From a virus, in IMG/VR virus record IMGVR_UViG_3300032285_004186: a stretch of DNA of 64,000 nucleotides. One strand, given 5' to 3'. The position numbers and the translations under genes were made by a program. Within the stretch, counting starts at the first letter, position 1. Every line of letters begins with the position of its first letter. Under the pieces are notes generated by a model. It saw only the letters and a list, made by a program, of their open reading frames with translations. It was not told the origin of the DNA and ran no database searches. This document shows, in pieces, positions 10,282 through 20,310 of the stretch.

Positions 10282-11697
10282 ATGGCTACTCAAATTACTA
10301 ATTGTTCCGGGACAGCCAGCAATCCCTTGTCAGAATTAGGATCTAATGTTGGAGATAATTCTATTCCTAATATGCAAACTCAAACTGGTTTGCCACAAAT
10401 AGCTCTTTCTGTGTTGTATAACAATGGAGCCGGAAAAAATTTAAATCAATATGCGGGTTATTTGTATATATTAATTCACGGTTGGGGAGCTTTGGATAAA
10501 TCTTTTAGTTATCATACAGTATTTGCTCCTTATGTGGTAACCAAAGAAACCTATAACGATTTTATAGATAAAAGTGCCGGAATATTATACAATTGTGGTC
10601 TTTTAGATTTGTGCAAAAGAACCTGTCCAGCTGGCAAAAACGGACAATTAAATGATTTGGGGCGATTGGGTTTGTTTAGCAGACTAACTGGTTTTCAGGT
10701 TACCAACCCAATTACTGGACCGGCTATTCAGTTACCCCCCAGTTCTAAGGATACCTTAGATGTTCAGCATAGTGGTTTTGTAGATGGTTTACAGTCTTTT
10801 TGTGAAAGTATTAACACCCATGCTTACTTAAAATGTTTTGCCGTTGGTTCCTATGGAGGGTTTCAAGAAGCAATTCATAGTATTACAAATACTGTTCATG
10901 ATTTTTATGATGCTATGTTTGATCTGTATCAAGATATGCAACTTTTAATGATACAGGCTCAGATGATGATACAACAATATATAGCAGATTTACAATTTTT
11001 TTTGACTAATAGATTTTTACAAGGTAAAATTGGTTTGTTTTTGTCTTTAATTTGTTTAGTTTTAAGCACTGTACAAACTGTAATAGATGATGTGGCTTTC
11101 TTTGGTTCTTTGTTTGATGGTTCAGACAATTTATTTGCCGTATTGAACTCAGTTCAAACAGTAGTTAACTTTGGAGCCCAAGCTATAGAATACATTTATA
11201 ACCCCATAACAGCGGGTTTACCAGCTTTGTTTCCTAAAGAGGCCAAACAACTAGTTGATTTTGTAAACAAATTAGGAGATGTGCCTTCCAATTATCTCGG
11301 TATTCTTTTAAAACATTTTTCCTTTGGTAAGGCTATGCATAATAAAGGCATAGCCATTGCTAATACTATCATACAACATTATGGTTTGGGTTCTCAATTA
11401 GGTGATTTAAACCCAATGTTACAGTCTTTTGGTTGTGTAGTTCCGAGTGGAAATTGGCACCGTACTAATCCACCAGTTATTAAAGGTCCTATCACCTTTA
11501 AACCACCTAAAGTGCCTTACAATTTAAGAACCAGGGTTCAAGTGGATCCTTATAGCCTATCCAGTATATGGCAAATGGTTAAAAAAGATTTTTCAAATCT
11601 TACAACTGACGGTGGAGTTTTGGAGAAAGATTTATCATTAATTAGAAATCAGTTAACAAAACAATTTGACGGCACTGCTAATAATATAACTGGATAA
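10282..11697 (+). CDS. Hypothetical virion protein with hydrophobic helices
   Basis: 471-aa ORF in the baseplate operon; no family recognised. Confidence 0.5.
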   Translation: MATQITNCSGTASNPLSELGSNVGDNSIPNMQTQTGLPQIALSVLYNNGAGKNLNQYAGYLYILIHGWGALDKSFSYHTVFAPYVVTKETYNDFIDKSAGILYNCGLLDLCKRTCPAGKNGQLNDLGRLGLFSRLTGFQVTNPITGPAIQLPPSSKDTLDVQHSGFVDGLQSFCESINTHAYLKCFAVGSYGGFQEAIHSITNTVHDFYDAMFDLYQDMQLLMIQAQMMIQQYIADLQFFLTNRFLQGKIGLFLSLICLVLSTVQTVIDDVAFFGSLFDGSDNLFAVLNSVQTVVNFGAQAIEYIYNPITAGLPALFPKEAKQLVDFVNKLGDVPSNYLGILLKHFSFGKAMHNKGIAIANTIIQHYGLGSQLGDLNPMLQSFGCVVPSGNWHRTNPPVIKGPITFKPPKVPYNLRTRVQVDPYSLSSIWQMVKKDFSNLTTDGGVLEKDLSLIRNQLTKQFDGTANNITG

Positions 11698-11701
11698 TTT
11701 T

Positions 11702-13000
11702 ATGATAGAACCTGTTTATGGTAATCACATAGGAATAGTTATTAATTCAAATCCAGATCCGGAAGGTCGTGGAAGAGTACAGATTTTTGTTCCACATCTT
11801 TCTACCACTCTTTATCAAGGATGGAATCAAGATGCTAAAGATGTAACTTTGACTCAAGGAAGCTTGGCTGGTATTAGCACCAATATTTTACAAAGGCTAC
11901 AACAAAATCTTCCATGGGCTGAATGTGCCTTTCCGTTATTTGGAACCGGAGGAACTACTTATGGTGATGTTTCTACCAAGGAAACTAGGCCTTCTAATAG
12001 TTCTGTAATAGCTGTTGAGGAAAGGACTTCACCTGGACACACTTCTGATTTGAATCAAAAATCTGGACCAACTATTCCTGGAGTTTCAGATTCATCTGTT
12101 TTGAGTAGTGGTTCATCTTCTACGTCTCAATCTTTGCAATCACCAATAAATAACGTATCCATAGATGATTTAACACCCAACGAGGTATTATATGCCATGA
12201 GAATATCTGCTACAGAAACTGGAGCTGGAATTGGTTCTGGCTCTGATATAGCAAATAAAAACTATGCAGAAACTCAAGCCAGTGATTTTAAAACAAATTT
12301 ATTAAATTCTTTCTTAAATAACAAAGCAACACCAGGTGCAATAAATGCTGATGGTTCTTTAAACTTGGAGGTAATACAAAGCAAATATTTAAAGGTAATA
12401 GATATTAGTTATTCTCAATCAAATTTGACAAATGTTGAAGAATACAATTTACCATATTTAAATAATGGTTCTTATCAAGATCAAATATTTTCTGTAGCGT
12501 ATTTAATTAGAAAAAGATATCCGTCTGCAGTATCTCTCATAAATTCTAAAGATTTTAATACAGCAGATTCTATTATAAGTCCTTTTTATCATGGTTTAAA
12601 AAACCAACCAAAAAGTGCTAAACTGTTAGAAACTAATATTAAAAATCAATTTAATGGTGATGTGTTAGCTGCTTTACAAAATATAAATTCTTCTTTAGCT
12701 CCCACCAAGCCATTTGCTCAATGGTGGACAGATAATGGAGGCACTTACCAAACTGCTGGGGTGGACACAAACAAACAAACTAATCCGAGCTACAATCCTA
12801 AACAAAATACATTAGACTCCACAACTCCTTTGCCCGGAATAGATATGAGACATCCAAATGGAATGAATTCTACTCCCCTAGCTGGTACTTTTGTTTGGTG
12901 TTTCTTTTTAGGAGGAGATATACAAAAACCAGTTTATTTTGCTGGTGTCAAAGAAAAATTTGCCAATGCAAGAACCTCTACAATACCTTCACCTGTATAG
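11702..13000 (+). CDS. gp5-like baseplate hub N-terminal OB-fold protein with inserted lysozyme-like domain
   Basis: 'GIVINSNPDPEGRGRVQIFVP', 'LPWAECAFP' and the distant 'GTFVWCFFLGGDIQKPVYFAG'. Confidence 0.75.
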   Translation: MIEPVYGNHIGIVINSNPDPEGRGRVQIFVPHLSTTLYQGWNQDAKDVTLTQGSLAGISTNILQRLQQNLPWAECAFPLFGTGGTTYGDVSTKETRPSNSSVIAVEERTSPGHTSDLNQKSGPTIPGVSDSSVLSSGSSSTSQSLQSPINNVSIDDLTPNEVLYAMRISATETGAGIGSGSDIANKNYAETQASDFKTNLLNSFLNNKATPGAINADGSLNLEVIQSKYLKVIDISYSQSNLTNVEEYNLPYLNNGSYQDQIFSVAYLIRKRYPSAVSLINSKDFNTADSIISPFYHGLKNQPKSAKLLETNIKNQFNGDVLAALQNINSSLAPTKPFAQWWTDNGGTYQTAGVDTNKQTNPSYNPKQNTLDSTTPLPGIDMRHPNGMNSTPLAGTFVWCFFLGGDIQKPVYFAGVKEKFANARTSTIPSPV

Positions 13001-13018
13001 CTCTTTAACTAATTTACC

Positions 13019-13024
13019 TAATTA
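13019..13024 (+). promoter_or_regulatory. Putative late promoter TAATTA
   Basis: 6 nt upstream of ATG 13031. Confidence 0.5.
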
Positions 13025-13030
13025 TAAAAT

Positions 13031-15076
13031 ATGTCAGACGTAGCAGACGGCAATAATATTCAAAAGACAGATCAAATTAAAGGATCTTCCGGTCATTTAT
13101 TTTTTAATGCCACAAAAATAGAAACTGGATACGGTCCTGATATTGTAGAAGACCATTCTTTTGTTCAATTGGCTCATAACGATCATGCTCAGATTAGTTT
13201 ACAAGCTGGTGGCAAAATCAGAACAGATGCCATGTCTGATATGTCTATAAATGTTCATCGTAACATGTTTGAGAACATATTAGGTGATAGTAAGGTTTCT
13301 ATAGGCAGAGATCAAACTGTAACAGTGGAAGGTGCCCTTAATATAACTGTCGGAAGATATGGCTCAGACGAAAAGGATGCAGAAAAAAAATTACAGAAGC
13401 TGGCAAAAGAAATACAAACTCAATCCATAGCCACAGCCAAAGCTACCACCAATAATCGTATACCCTGCAAAATATGTAATAGTAAAGTTTTGGTTCAACC
13501 ATCTGCTTTAAAGGCAGAAATTTCAGCATCTCAAGCTATTAGAGTAATGGAAGATACTGGTCTTGGTTCTAGATTTAAATCAATAGCAGATAAATTGCTA
13601 AGGATTCTTCAGGCTGTTCCTAAAATGTTTAATATAAAAACTACAGCCAGTTTTTACACCAAAACCAAATCATGTGGTTCACCGGGTTGTATTAATCACA
13701 CTGTAGAAGACTTGAATGCTTCATTAAATGTTTACAACAAAACTGCTACGTCTTTATTAGAAGAAAATAAAACTTTAATAGAAGAATTACATCAAAAACT
13801 AGGCAAAGGAACTGGTGGTTTAACTTTGGTTACCAAAGGAGCTTGTCTTATTAGTACCGGATTGGTTAAGAATGAAGCTAATACTCATTTTAATAAAGGC
13901 AACCATACTTTAGGGCTTGGATTGCAACAGGATCCGTCCGGAATGGGTCTGGGTGGGGTTTTGAGTTCTAAAGGTTCTCCTTCTAGAATGATTCAAGTAA
14001 AAACTCCTAAATTTACGGAATCTGACATGTTTTTAAATGCTTCTGGAAAATTTACAGTCAATGCTGGAGCAGACGGAATATTGCTAGAAACAAACGGTCC
14101 TTTACAAGCTCTTGGATCTAGTGTAGAAATACATTCCACAGACGGTGAGGCTCATTTTTCTTCTGGTAATTTAACTGTAATAAGTGGAGCAACGGTTAAA
14201 GTTCAGGCAGATATGAAGACCGGTGAGACTGGTATTATTTTAGAATCAAAAAGTGTACATGCCACTGGAAGACTTTCAGCTCAGGGTGATCTTATAGTTC
14301 GGGGTGGGGCTCATTTCGACGGAGCAGTATCTGTACCTTTCCTACAAGTTCCTTCTTGTGAACAAAATGTTAGAGAATCTAAACCTCCACAAATGGTTAC
14401 TGGTCCGGCCTCTTGGATGCCTAAAAATACTATTTTAAATACTATACAAGAAGTTAATGACAACCTCACAACTTTGGCTGCAGATCCTTTTTATTTATGC
14501 ACTCCTACAAACTTACAAGAATATATTAAAAAATGGTATGGACTTTTTATAGGGTCTATACCCCTGGAAATGACCGTAACTGGTTGGGCTATAGCTTTAT
14601 CCTACGGGGTGAATGGTGGGGGACCAATGGTTAGCAAAGGACTTTGGAAAACTGGTCTTATTCCTGTATTAAACTATCCTCACAATCATGAAAAATATAA
14701 TGAATATCACGGTGGCTCCGTAACCATGCCTTTATTTGGGTCCCATGATTTATCAGAAGGGCGTTCTGCAGCTGGTGTACATGGTAGTCATATACCATTA
14801 CCACCACCTATCAATTCACCTATAGGCATGAGACCAGGTAAAATTAGTCAGCCAGGTCCTTGTGGAGGAGGTGGGATTTTTGTTAAAAATAGAAATTTAG
14901 ATTATGGTACAGATGCTTTAGATCCATTTAATGGATTAAATTATGTAGATAGAGGAACCAATAACGGACTAAACATGTATAACAATACACCAGAATTTTC
15001 TAATTACAAATATGGAATACTCCCGTCTTTATCTGGTTCTAATGTAGGTAATAACAACTCTACAGACTGTACATAG
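13031..15076 (+). CDS. gp5 C-terminal-like spike / beta-helix protein
   Basis: Beta-helix repeats 'ENILGDSKVSIGRDQTVTVEGALNITVG', Cys pairs and an HNH motif near the C-terminus. Confidence 0.6.
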   Translation: MSDVADGNNIQKTDQIKGSSGHLFFNATKIETGYGPDIVEDHSFVQLAHNDHAQISLQAGGKIRTDAMSDMSINVHRNMFENILGDSKVSIGRDQTVTVEGALNITVGRYGSDEKDAEKKLQKLAKEIQTQSIATAKATTNNRIPCKICNSKVLVQPSALKAEISASQAIRVMEDTGLGSRFKSIADKLLRILQAVPKMFNIKTTASFYTKTKSCGSPGCINHTVEDLNASLNVYNKTATSLLEENKTLIEELHQKLGKGTGGLTLVTKGACLISTGLVKNEANTHFNKGNHTLGLGLQQDPSGMGLGGVLSSKGSPSRMIQVKTPKFTESDMFLNASGKFTVNAGADGILLETNGPLQALGSSVEIHSTDGEAHFSSGNLTVISGATVKVQADMKTGETGIILESKSVHATGRLSAQGDLIVRGGAHFDGAVSVPFLQVPSCEQNVRESKPPQMVTGPASWMPKNTILNTIQEVNDNLTTLAADPFYLCTPTNLQEYIKKWYGLFIGSIPLEMTVTGWAIALSYGVNGGGPMVSKGLWKTGLIPVLNYPHNHEKYNEYHGGSVTMPLFGSHDLSEGRSAAGVHGSHIPLPPPINSPIGMRPGKISQPGPCGGGGIFVKNRNLDYGTDALDPFNGLNYVDRGTNNGLNMYNNTPEFSNYKYGILPSLSGSNVGNNNSTDCT

Positions 15077-16487
15077 TATAATCTGGTATTGGGTCTGTTA
15101 TGGACATAATAGCCATGGTTTGTTTAGAATCACCTGAGATAAATGAATCTTTGGTTTCTATATCAATTCCCAAAGCAGTTGACAAATATTCTTTTTGATC
15201 TGGATAATATCTTATTACTTTATAATTCATATCAACAGTTTCTATTCTGCCAGGTAATCCAGGAGGAAAGGGAGGACTAATCATTACACCATCTTCATAA
15301 ACCGCATCTTTGGCTGGTGGAGCCGGTGCATCTGGATCGTCTCTTTCTGCTATATTATAGGGATTATATATATTTTTTGTTTCGTCCTCTTCTTTATATC
15401 CTCTCAAATAACGATACACGTAATAATATTTAATATTATCATTTTCTTGATTGGAATCTTGATGAGGAGCTTCAGATATTACTTTACCTTTGTACTGAGA
15501 AAGTTGAGTTTGTGGAACAATTATTACTTCTTGTGCTGGGTCTTTTTCAACAATTTCTTGATATAAAAACAAATAAAACATTCCAGCAAATTCTAAGTAA
15601 CAAGCCCTGGCTTTCCATGGTAGAGCTACTCTGCTAGGAGTTGTGCTTAAAACCACTTCCGGAATTTCCAGATAATTTGTTTTTAAATATTTGATAAATG
15701 CATCTGCATGATTTTTTAACGCTGCATCTTTTTGTTTGTCAAAAATACTTTTTATTTCTGCTGCGGTTGGAGGTTTAAAATTTTGTCCCTGTGGAATACT
15801 ATCATAGTTTATCATTCCATTTTGATCAAAAGTTATACCTTGTAATACAGAAGAAGATGGAATAGGATCTCCATTAGAATCACATATTTGTCCAGAATTG
15901 TTAATATAAGAAGCTATCGGGGATACGTTTTTTAAAAAAGAACTAATCAATGGTAGTACTTCTTGAAACATACCTTGTATGGCTGCGCCCAAAGACCATC
16001 TCGGATCACCTAACATAGCATAAGGTGCTAAATCAGGTAAAAAACTTTTAGGATCTATATCATGATTTAATTGAGCTATTTTAGTACTATCAAAGTTAGG
16101 ATCTTTTTTATAAGATTCTCCTAATTTAGCTAAAAAAGAACGTTGATCTTTAGGTAAAACAGAACCATCAGCACCTTGAGCATTTGCCAAACTTTCCGGA
16201 AAATTGGAATCTGGGTAGATTACATTTATTTCTGATACATGCGGCACACCCATAGCATGTTTGGATTGAATATCTGCTTGTAAATAATCTTTTACAGTAG
16301 AAGAAGGAGAGAGAATGGATGTACCATCTAATCTTTTATTAAGAGTGCCTGGATAATACTCTTGTGAAGGACCATTATCAAAATTGGTATATGTATCTGT
16401 ATTGCCTTCTGTTGCTACATAATTAGTAGTAGCTATTGGATTGCCTTTTTCATCATAGGTTATTGTAGTAGAAATTAATTTATTCAT
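15060..16487 (-). CDS. Hypothetical protein
   Basis: 475-aa ORF, convergent with and overlapping the spike gene by 17 nt. Confidence 0.6.
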   Translation of the reverse strand: MNKLISTTITYDEKGNPIATTNYVATEGNTDTYTNFDNGPSQEYYPGTLNKRLDGTSILSPSSTVKDYLQADIQSKHAMGVPHVSEINVIYPDSNFPESLANAQGADGSVLPKDQRSFLAKLGESYKKDPNFDSTKIAQLNHDIDPKSFLPDLAPYAMLGDPRWSLGAAIQGMFQEVLPLISSFLKNVSPIASYINNSGQICDSNGDPIPSSSVLQGITFDQNGMINYDSIPQGQNFKPPTAAEIKSIFDKQKDAALKNHADAFIKYLKTNYLEIPEVVLSTTPSRVALPWKARACYLEFAGMFYLFLYQEIVEKDPAQEVIIVPQTQLSQYKGKVISEAPHQDSNQENDNIKYYYVYRYLRGYKEEDETKNIYNPYNIAERDDPDAPAPPAKDAVYEDGVMISPPFPPGLPGRIETVDMNYKVIRYYPDQKEYLSTALGIDIETKDSFISGDSKQTMAIMSITDPIPDYTMYSL

Positions 16488-16492
16488 TGTAA

Positions 16493-16963
16493 TTAATCTG
16501 ATTCTTCTTCATCTTCGCTATTATCTTCTAGATCTAAAAAATTAGTTTGTTGTTGTTGGAGAAATATGGTTTTTAAAAATTCCATTATAGCATCTCTGTC
16601 TCTGGAATTGTTAGCGTGCTGAACAATTATTCGTTCACCTTTTGTATCATATCCAAATAAAATATAACTATCTAGATATTCTGTAATGACCGATTTCAAC
16701 AATAAATAATCTCTTTCTTGAATATTGTTTTGGGTTTGATTTTCTTTTACCCAAACATCCAAAGATTTTTGAAGCTCTGCGTCGTTAATGGAATTGAATA
16801 TATTATTACGCACTTCTTCCAAAACTGCAGCTGTCGCGGTTGGATCCATGCCAGACAAAGAAGGGACGGCCACAGAAATATGTAGCCGACCCTTTTTATT
16901 ATTTTCTGGTTGAGGATTTTTGTCAGTATTATCTTTAGGCGAGGGTTTCTTGCGTGAAGCCAT
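16493..16963 (-). CDS. Hypothetical protein (likely start MASRKK)
   Basis: Start adjusted to reduce overlap with the upstream gene; acidic C-terminus. Confidence 0.55.
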   Translation of the reverse strand: MASRKKPSPKDNTDKNPQPENNKKGRLHISVAVPSLSGMDPTATAAVLEEVRNNIFNSINDAELQKSLDVWVKENQTQNNIQERDYLLLKSVITEYLDSYILFGYDTKGERIIVQHANNSRDRDAIMEFLKTIFLQQQQTNFLDLEDNSEDEEESD

Positions 16964-17273
16964 ATGTAGAAGACTTATTGTTGATACCAAATTTAACAAG
17001 GTATTCAATAATTACCTCAATGGAACTGGTTTTAATTTTAAACCGTTCTGGTACATACTGACCTCCGTCATAAATCTCAAAATATTCTTCACCCAATTCT
17101 CTATGATTATTGTAACAAGTTACCAATACAGATGCAACTCCCGGGTCTACAATAGCTGTCCAAGATCTCGGATCACCTTGTGAATATTCTGCAAAGAGCT
17201 TATCTGCAATGTATCCACTATCTCGTAGACGCTTGATGAAGTAACTGATTGTTGTTATTTTATTTTTTGCCAT
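16935..17273 (-). CDS. Hypothetical protein
   Basis: 112-aa ORF in operon downstream of the sliding clamp. Confidence 0.6.
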   Translation of the reverse strand: MAKNKITTISYFIKRLRDSGYIADKLFAEYSQGDPRSWTAIVDPGVASVLVTCYNNHRELGEEYFEIYDGGQYVPERFKIKTSSIEVIIEYLVKFGINNKSSTYGFTQETLA

Positions 17274-17285
17274 ATGTTTTGTTTG

Positions 17286-18038
17286 TTATTTTACTAATGC
17301 TGAAATGATATATTTTAATTCTACGTCTTCTTCTTCTTTGTTTTGAAATACAAAGACTTTATATTGTGTATTAAGTCTTACTTTAATTTCTGATCTACAA
17401 TGAGCTAGATTCTTAAAGACTTCCATACTCAAAGGAACGGGTTCGTCTATAGAATCACCGGTAAAAGAAGGAGCGACTACCATATTAATGTGATCTACAT
17501 TTTGTAATGTTTTGTCATTAATTTCTGCCATTACTCTGTCTTCTTTTGTAGAAAAATAAATCTTAGTAAGATCTGAAGCAAAGGCATAACCAGACATTAA
17601 CTGTTTAATTTTGCTTGTGTTAATAAAAAATTCTGTATCAAATTTAAGAGATGCAATTTTATTAATATTAACTGGTGCTTCCTTGACCACACTATCATCC
17701 ACTAAATGATATTTAAAAAAGGTTTTTTCTCGAGTATCATGATCTATGTTTTGGCATTTGATGAAATTATCTTCATTTTCTATAGAAAATTCCCCATTGT
17801 CACCTAAACATTCTAAACCTGATAGTAATTTTTTAATACTAATCAAATTTAACCGAACACTAGACGAGATAGAATTTGGTAATTTGGCTTTAGCATATAA
17901 AATAACTGTACTATCTATTGAAGAACACACTGTGTACAAAGAATCTTCATTAGCATTCAAAACACAGCTTTCCGTCAAACGATTTACTGGTTTGAGTAAC
18001 TTCTCTAAATAACTTTTAGGAAGAGGAATAAAAGCCAT
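17286..18038 (-). CDS. DNA sliding clamp (gp45-like)
   Basis: 250 aa two-lobe beta-rich pattern, 'FKYHLVDDSVV' and terminal 'LKYIISALVK'; replication context. Confidence 0.7.
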   Translation of the reverse strand: MAFIPLPKSYLEKLLKPVNRLTESCVLNANEDSLYTVCSSIDSTVILYAKAKLPNSISSSVRLNLISIKKLLSGLECLGDNGEFSIENEDNFIKCQNIDHDTREKTFFKYHLVDDSVVKEAPVNINKIASLKFDTEFFINTSKIKQLMSGYAFASDLTKIYFSTKEDRVMAEINDKTLQNVDHINMVVAPSFTGDSIDEPVPLSMEVFKNLAHCRSEIKVRLNTQYKVFVFQNKEEEDVELKYIISALVK

Positions 18039-18040
18039 TG

Positions 18041-18526
18041 TTATTTTGAAGAGTTAATTTTTTCTTTCTCGGTAATGTGATTGAAAACTTTGCCTAACAT
18101 TCCAGATATTTTACTAAATGTAGCATCTATCTTTAAAAGTGTTGATTTAATGGTTTTAATATCTTCACTCAATTCTGATAAAGTACTATTACTCACAATT
18201 GCTGGTGCTTGATGAGGCAAAGATGCTGAAGAAGCATATGATGAAGACTGTGGAATTGGTTGGGTATTTTTATCAACTAAACTCACACTAACATCCGGAG
18301 CCATGTTTTGAACTATCTGTTCTGGGATGTATCCTTTATTAACTGGATCAAAGGTATTGGCTCGTGGTGGTGGCCCACCTTTCAACGGTGCTATAAAACT
18401 ATTGATATCTATCCTGTTAGCTGGTTGGGATCTATCACTAGTAATACTGTCTACGTGCTTAAGATGTCCGCCAACCATGCTAGCTAGCATGGCGGCGTCT
18501 CTATCAAATTCTTTTTCTGAAATCAT
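18041..18526 (-). CDS. Hypothetical protein
   Basis: 161 aa, Pro-rich middle and coiled-coil C-terminus. Confidence 0.55.
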   Translation of the reverse strand: MISEKEFDRDAAMLASMVGGHLKHVDSITSDRSQPANRIDINSFIAPLKGGPPPRANTFDPVNKGYIPEQIVQNMAPDVSVSLVDKNTQPIPQSSSYASSASLPHQAPAIVSNSTLSELSEDIKTIKSTLLKIDATFSKISGMLGKVFNHITEKEKINSSK

Positions 18527-18527
18527 A

Positions 18528-19370
18528 TTACTTTAAATCTCTACCAGCATTAATAACGGACACTGCTATAGAAGAATGAATACTCTCATAGTGATTAACA
18601 ATGACCAGATAATCTTTGATGCGATTATCTAAATCTTTGTCTAATTCAACTGCAACTTTACGAACCATGTCTTCAACAAAAACTGGATTTTCATACATCA
18701 ATTCTGTTTGATAAGCTTCATCAACTCTCTTCAAAGCATTGACAATTGGTGCTGACGAACTTTTCTCCACTGCTGTAATCAGTTCTTCGAGCCAGTACAC
18801 TTCTCCGTCTGTGCCTACATTAGCTAATTCAACGGTAACATCTGCATAAGACTGCTGATTATGTGCTCCATAATCTGAGATTTCTTTAGAACATGGACAA
18901 AGAGAAGCATAAAGAACGTTACCATGAAGATAAAATTTCTTTTCTCCATTTACTAAACGTCCTTCTAAAGAACCTTGATAATCCATGTGAGAGACTACTT
19001 TTGAAACCGGAGCTTCCTTCTTGAGAAAGTAATCAAATTTAATCTTAATATAAGCATTTTGACTCTTAAGACGATTCTTGCACTCATCCAAAAGAATGTT
19101 CATCACTTCATCAATACGATGGGTTTTATTAGCAAGAACTTCCTCTACTAGAATACGATAACGACTCATATTAGTACCCTTAACCTCTGGGGTGAGATCT
19201 GTATACATACTAATAATGGCTTTGGTTGGATTAATGGTTCCGTCTTTGCGAACAATTTCCATAGGAACAACAATATTACGAGATCCTACCTTGGGAATAT
19301 ACTTCTTAGGAAAGCCGTCTAATGTGTTTTGGATGTCGGGAATATCAGCGTTAGTTTTAATGCGTGGCAT
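18528..19370 (-). CDS. folE2: GTP cyclohydrolase IB
   Basis: 'PDIQN', 'KGTNMSR', 'SLCPCSKEISDYGAHNQQS', 'ENPVFVEDMVR' and 'ESIH'. The start MPRIK at 19370 avoids overlap with gp32. Confidence 0.93.
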   Translation of the reverse strand: MPRIKTNADIPDIQNTLDGFPKKYIPKVGSRNIVVPMEIVRKDGTINPTKAIISMYTDLTPEVKGTNMSRYRILVEEVLANKTHRIDEVMNILLDECKNRLKSQNAYIKIKFDYFLKKEAPVSKVVSHMDYQGSLEGRLVNGEKKFYLHGNVLYASLCPCSKEISDYGAHNQQSYADVTVELANVGTDGEVYWLEELITAVEKSSSAPIVNALKRVDEAYQTELMYENPVFVEDMVRKVAVELDKDLDNRIKDYLVIVNHYESIHSSIAVSVINAGRDLK

Positions 19371-19425
19371 ATTTTTATTTGGTTTTTTGTTATTATATTT
19401 TAAAGTAAACTTTTGTCTCCAAGAA

Positions 19426-20301
19426 TTAAAGATCCTTGAGAATGTCTTTGATGCGGCTGTCAACTGGAATTTCATCTTCATCTTCTGAAACGACTGTTGC
19501 TTTTTGTGGAGTTGTTTTGGCTACAGATGCTGGTACAAATGAATCTTCTTCATCTTCTTCCACTGCTACAGATTTTGTAGGTGCACTAGCTGATTCAGTT
19601 TGTCCGAGGAAGTGAATATTAAGAGCCTTGGCTACCTCTTCATAAGATTTATGTTCAAAAATAGTATCTAATGATTTGACCGAATCATAAACTGTGTCTA
19701 AATCTGGGTCTCCTTCTAATGAGGAGGGTGAGGTAAATTTAGAAGCCACATATGTAGGATATCCTCCTTCATTGGTTTCTACCTTGATACGAAGATTGCA
19801 TCCTCTTTCAGAAAGGTCAAAAATTTTCATGCCCAAATCATCTGCGTCATCTCCTGAAATAGCTGATGTGATAATCTTATCCAATTGTTTTCCAAAACGA
19901 AGAATCTTAACCTGGCCTTGATTCTCTGGATTGGTGGGGTCTTTAATGACGTAAACATTGGCAAGCCAATTTTCATTACGTTTGATGGGTTTAATACGTT
20001 CAATTTCTGCTTTGTCTTGATTGCGGTAAATCTTAGAACGATACTCATCAATAGGACAACGTTCTCCATATGTGGCTGGACACAAGCAAGAAACCAGTTC
20101 ATTGGTTACTACACTATTCCAAAGGTGATGATAATAGTGAAACAAGGTTCTTTCTGGATTTGCTAGATTCGGAATAAGACGAACAAGGTATGTCTTACCA
20201 ATTTCTAGCTTCATAAAATCTTTAAAGCTACCTCCTTCACCGGAGGTCTTTTTTGTGAGGGCTTCTTTAATGGATTCGAATAGGTTGGCGGTGTATTTCA
20301 T
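19426..20301 (-). CDS. Single-stranded DNA-binding protein (gp32-like)
   Basis: 'LVRLIP', CP...CPI, 'NVYVIKDPTNPENQGQVKILRFGKQL', 'YPTYVASKF' and an acidic tail. Confidence 0.9.
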   Translation of the reverse strand: MKYTANLFESIKEALTKKTSGEGGSFKDFMKLEIGKTYLVRLIPNLANPERTLFHYYHHLWNSVVTNELVSCLCPATYGERCPIDEYRSKIYRNQDKAEIERIKPIKRNENWLANVYVIKDPTNPENQGQVKILRFGKQLDKIITSAISGDDADDLGMKIFDLSERGCNLRIKVETNEGGYPTYVASKFTSPSSLEGDPDLDTVYDSVKSLDTIFEHKSYEEVAKALNIHFLGQTESASAPTKSVAVEEDEEDSFVPASVAKTTPQKATVVSEDEDEIPVDSRIKDILKDL

Positions 20302-20310
20302 GGTTTTGTT

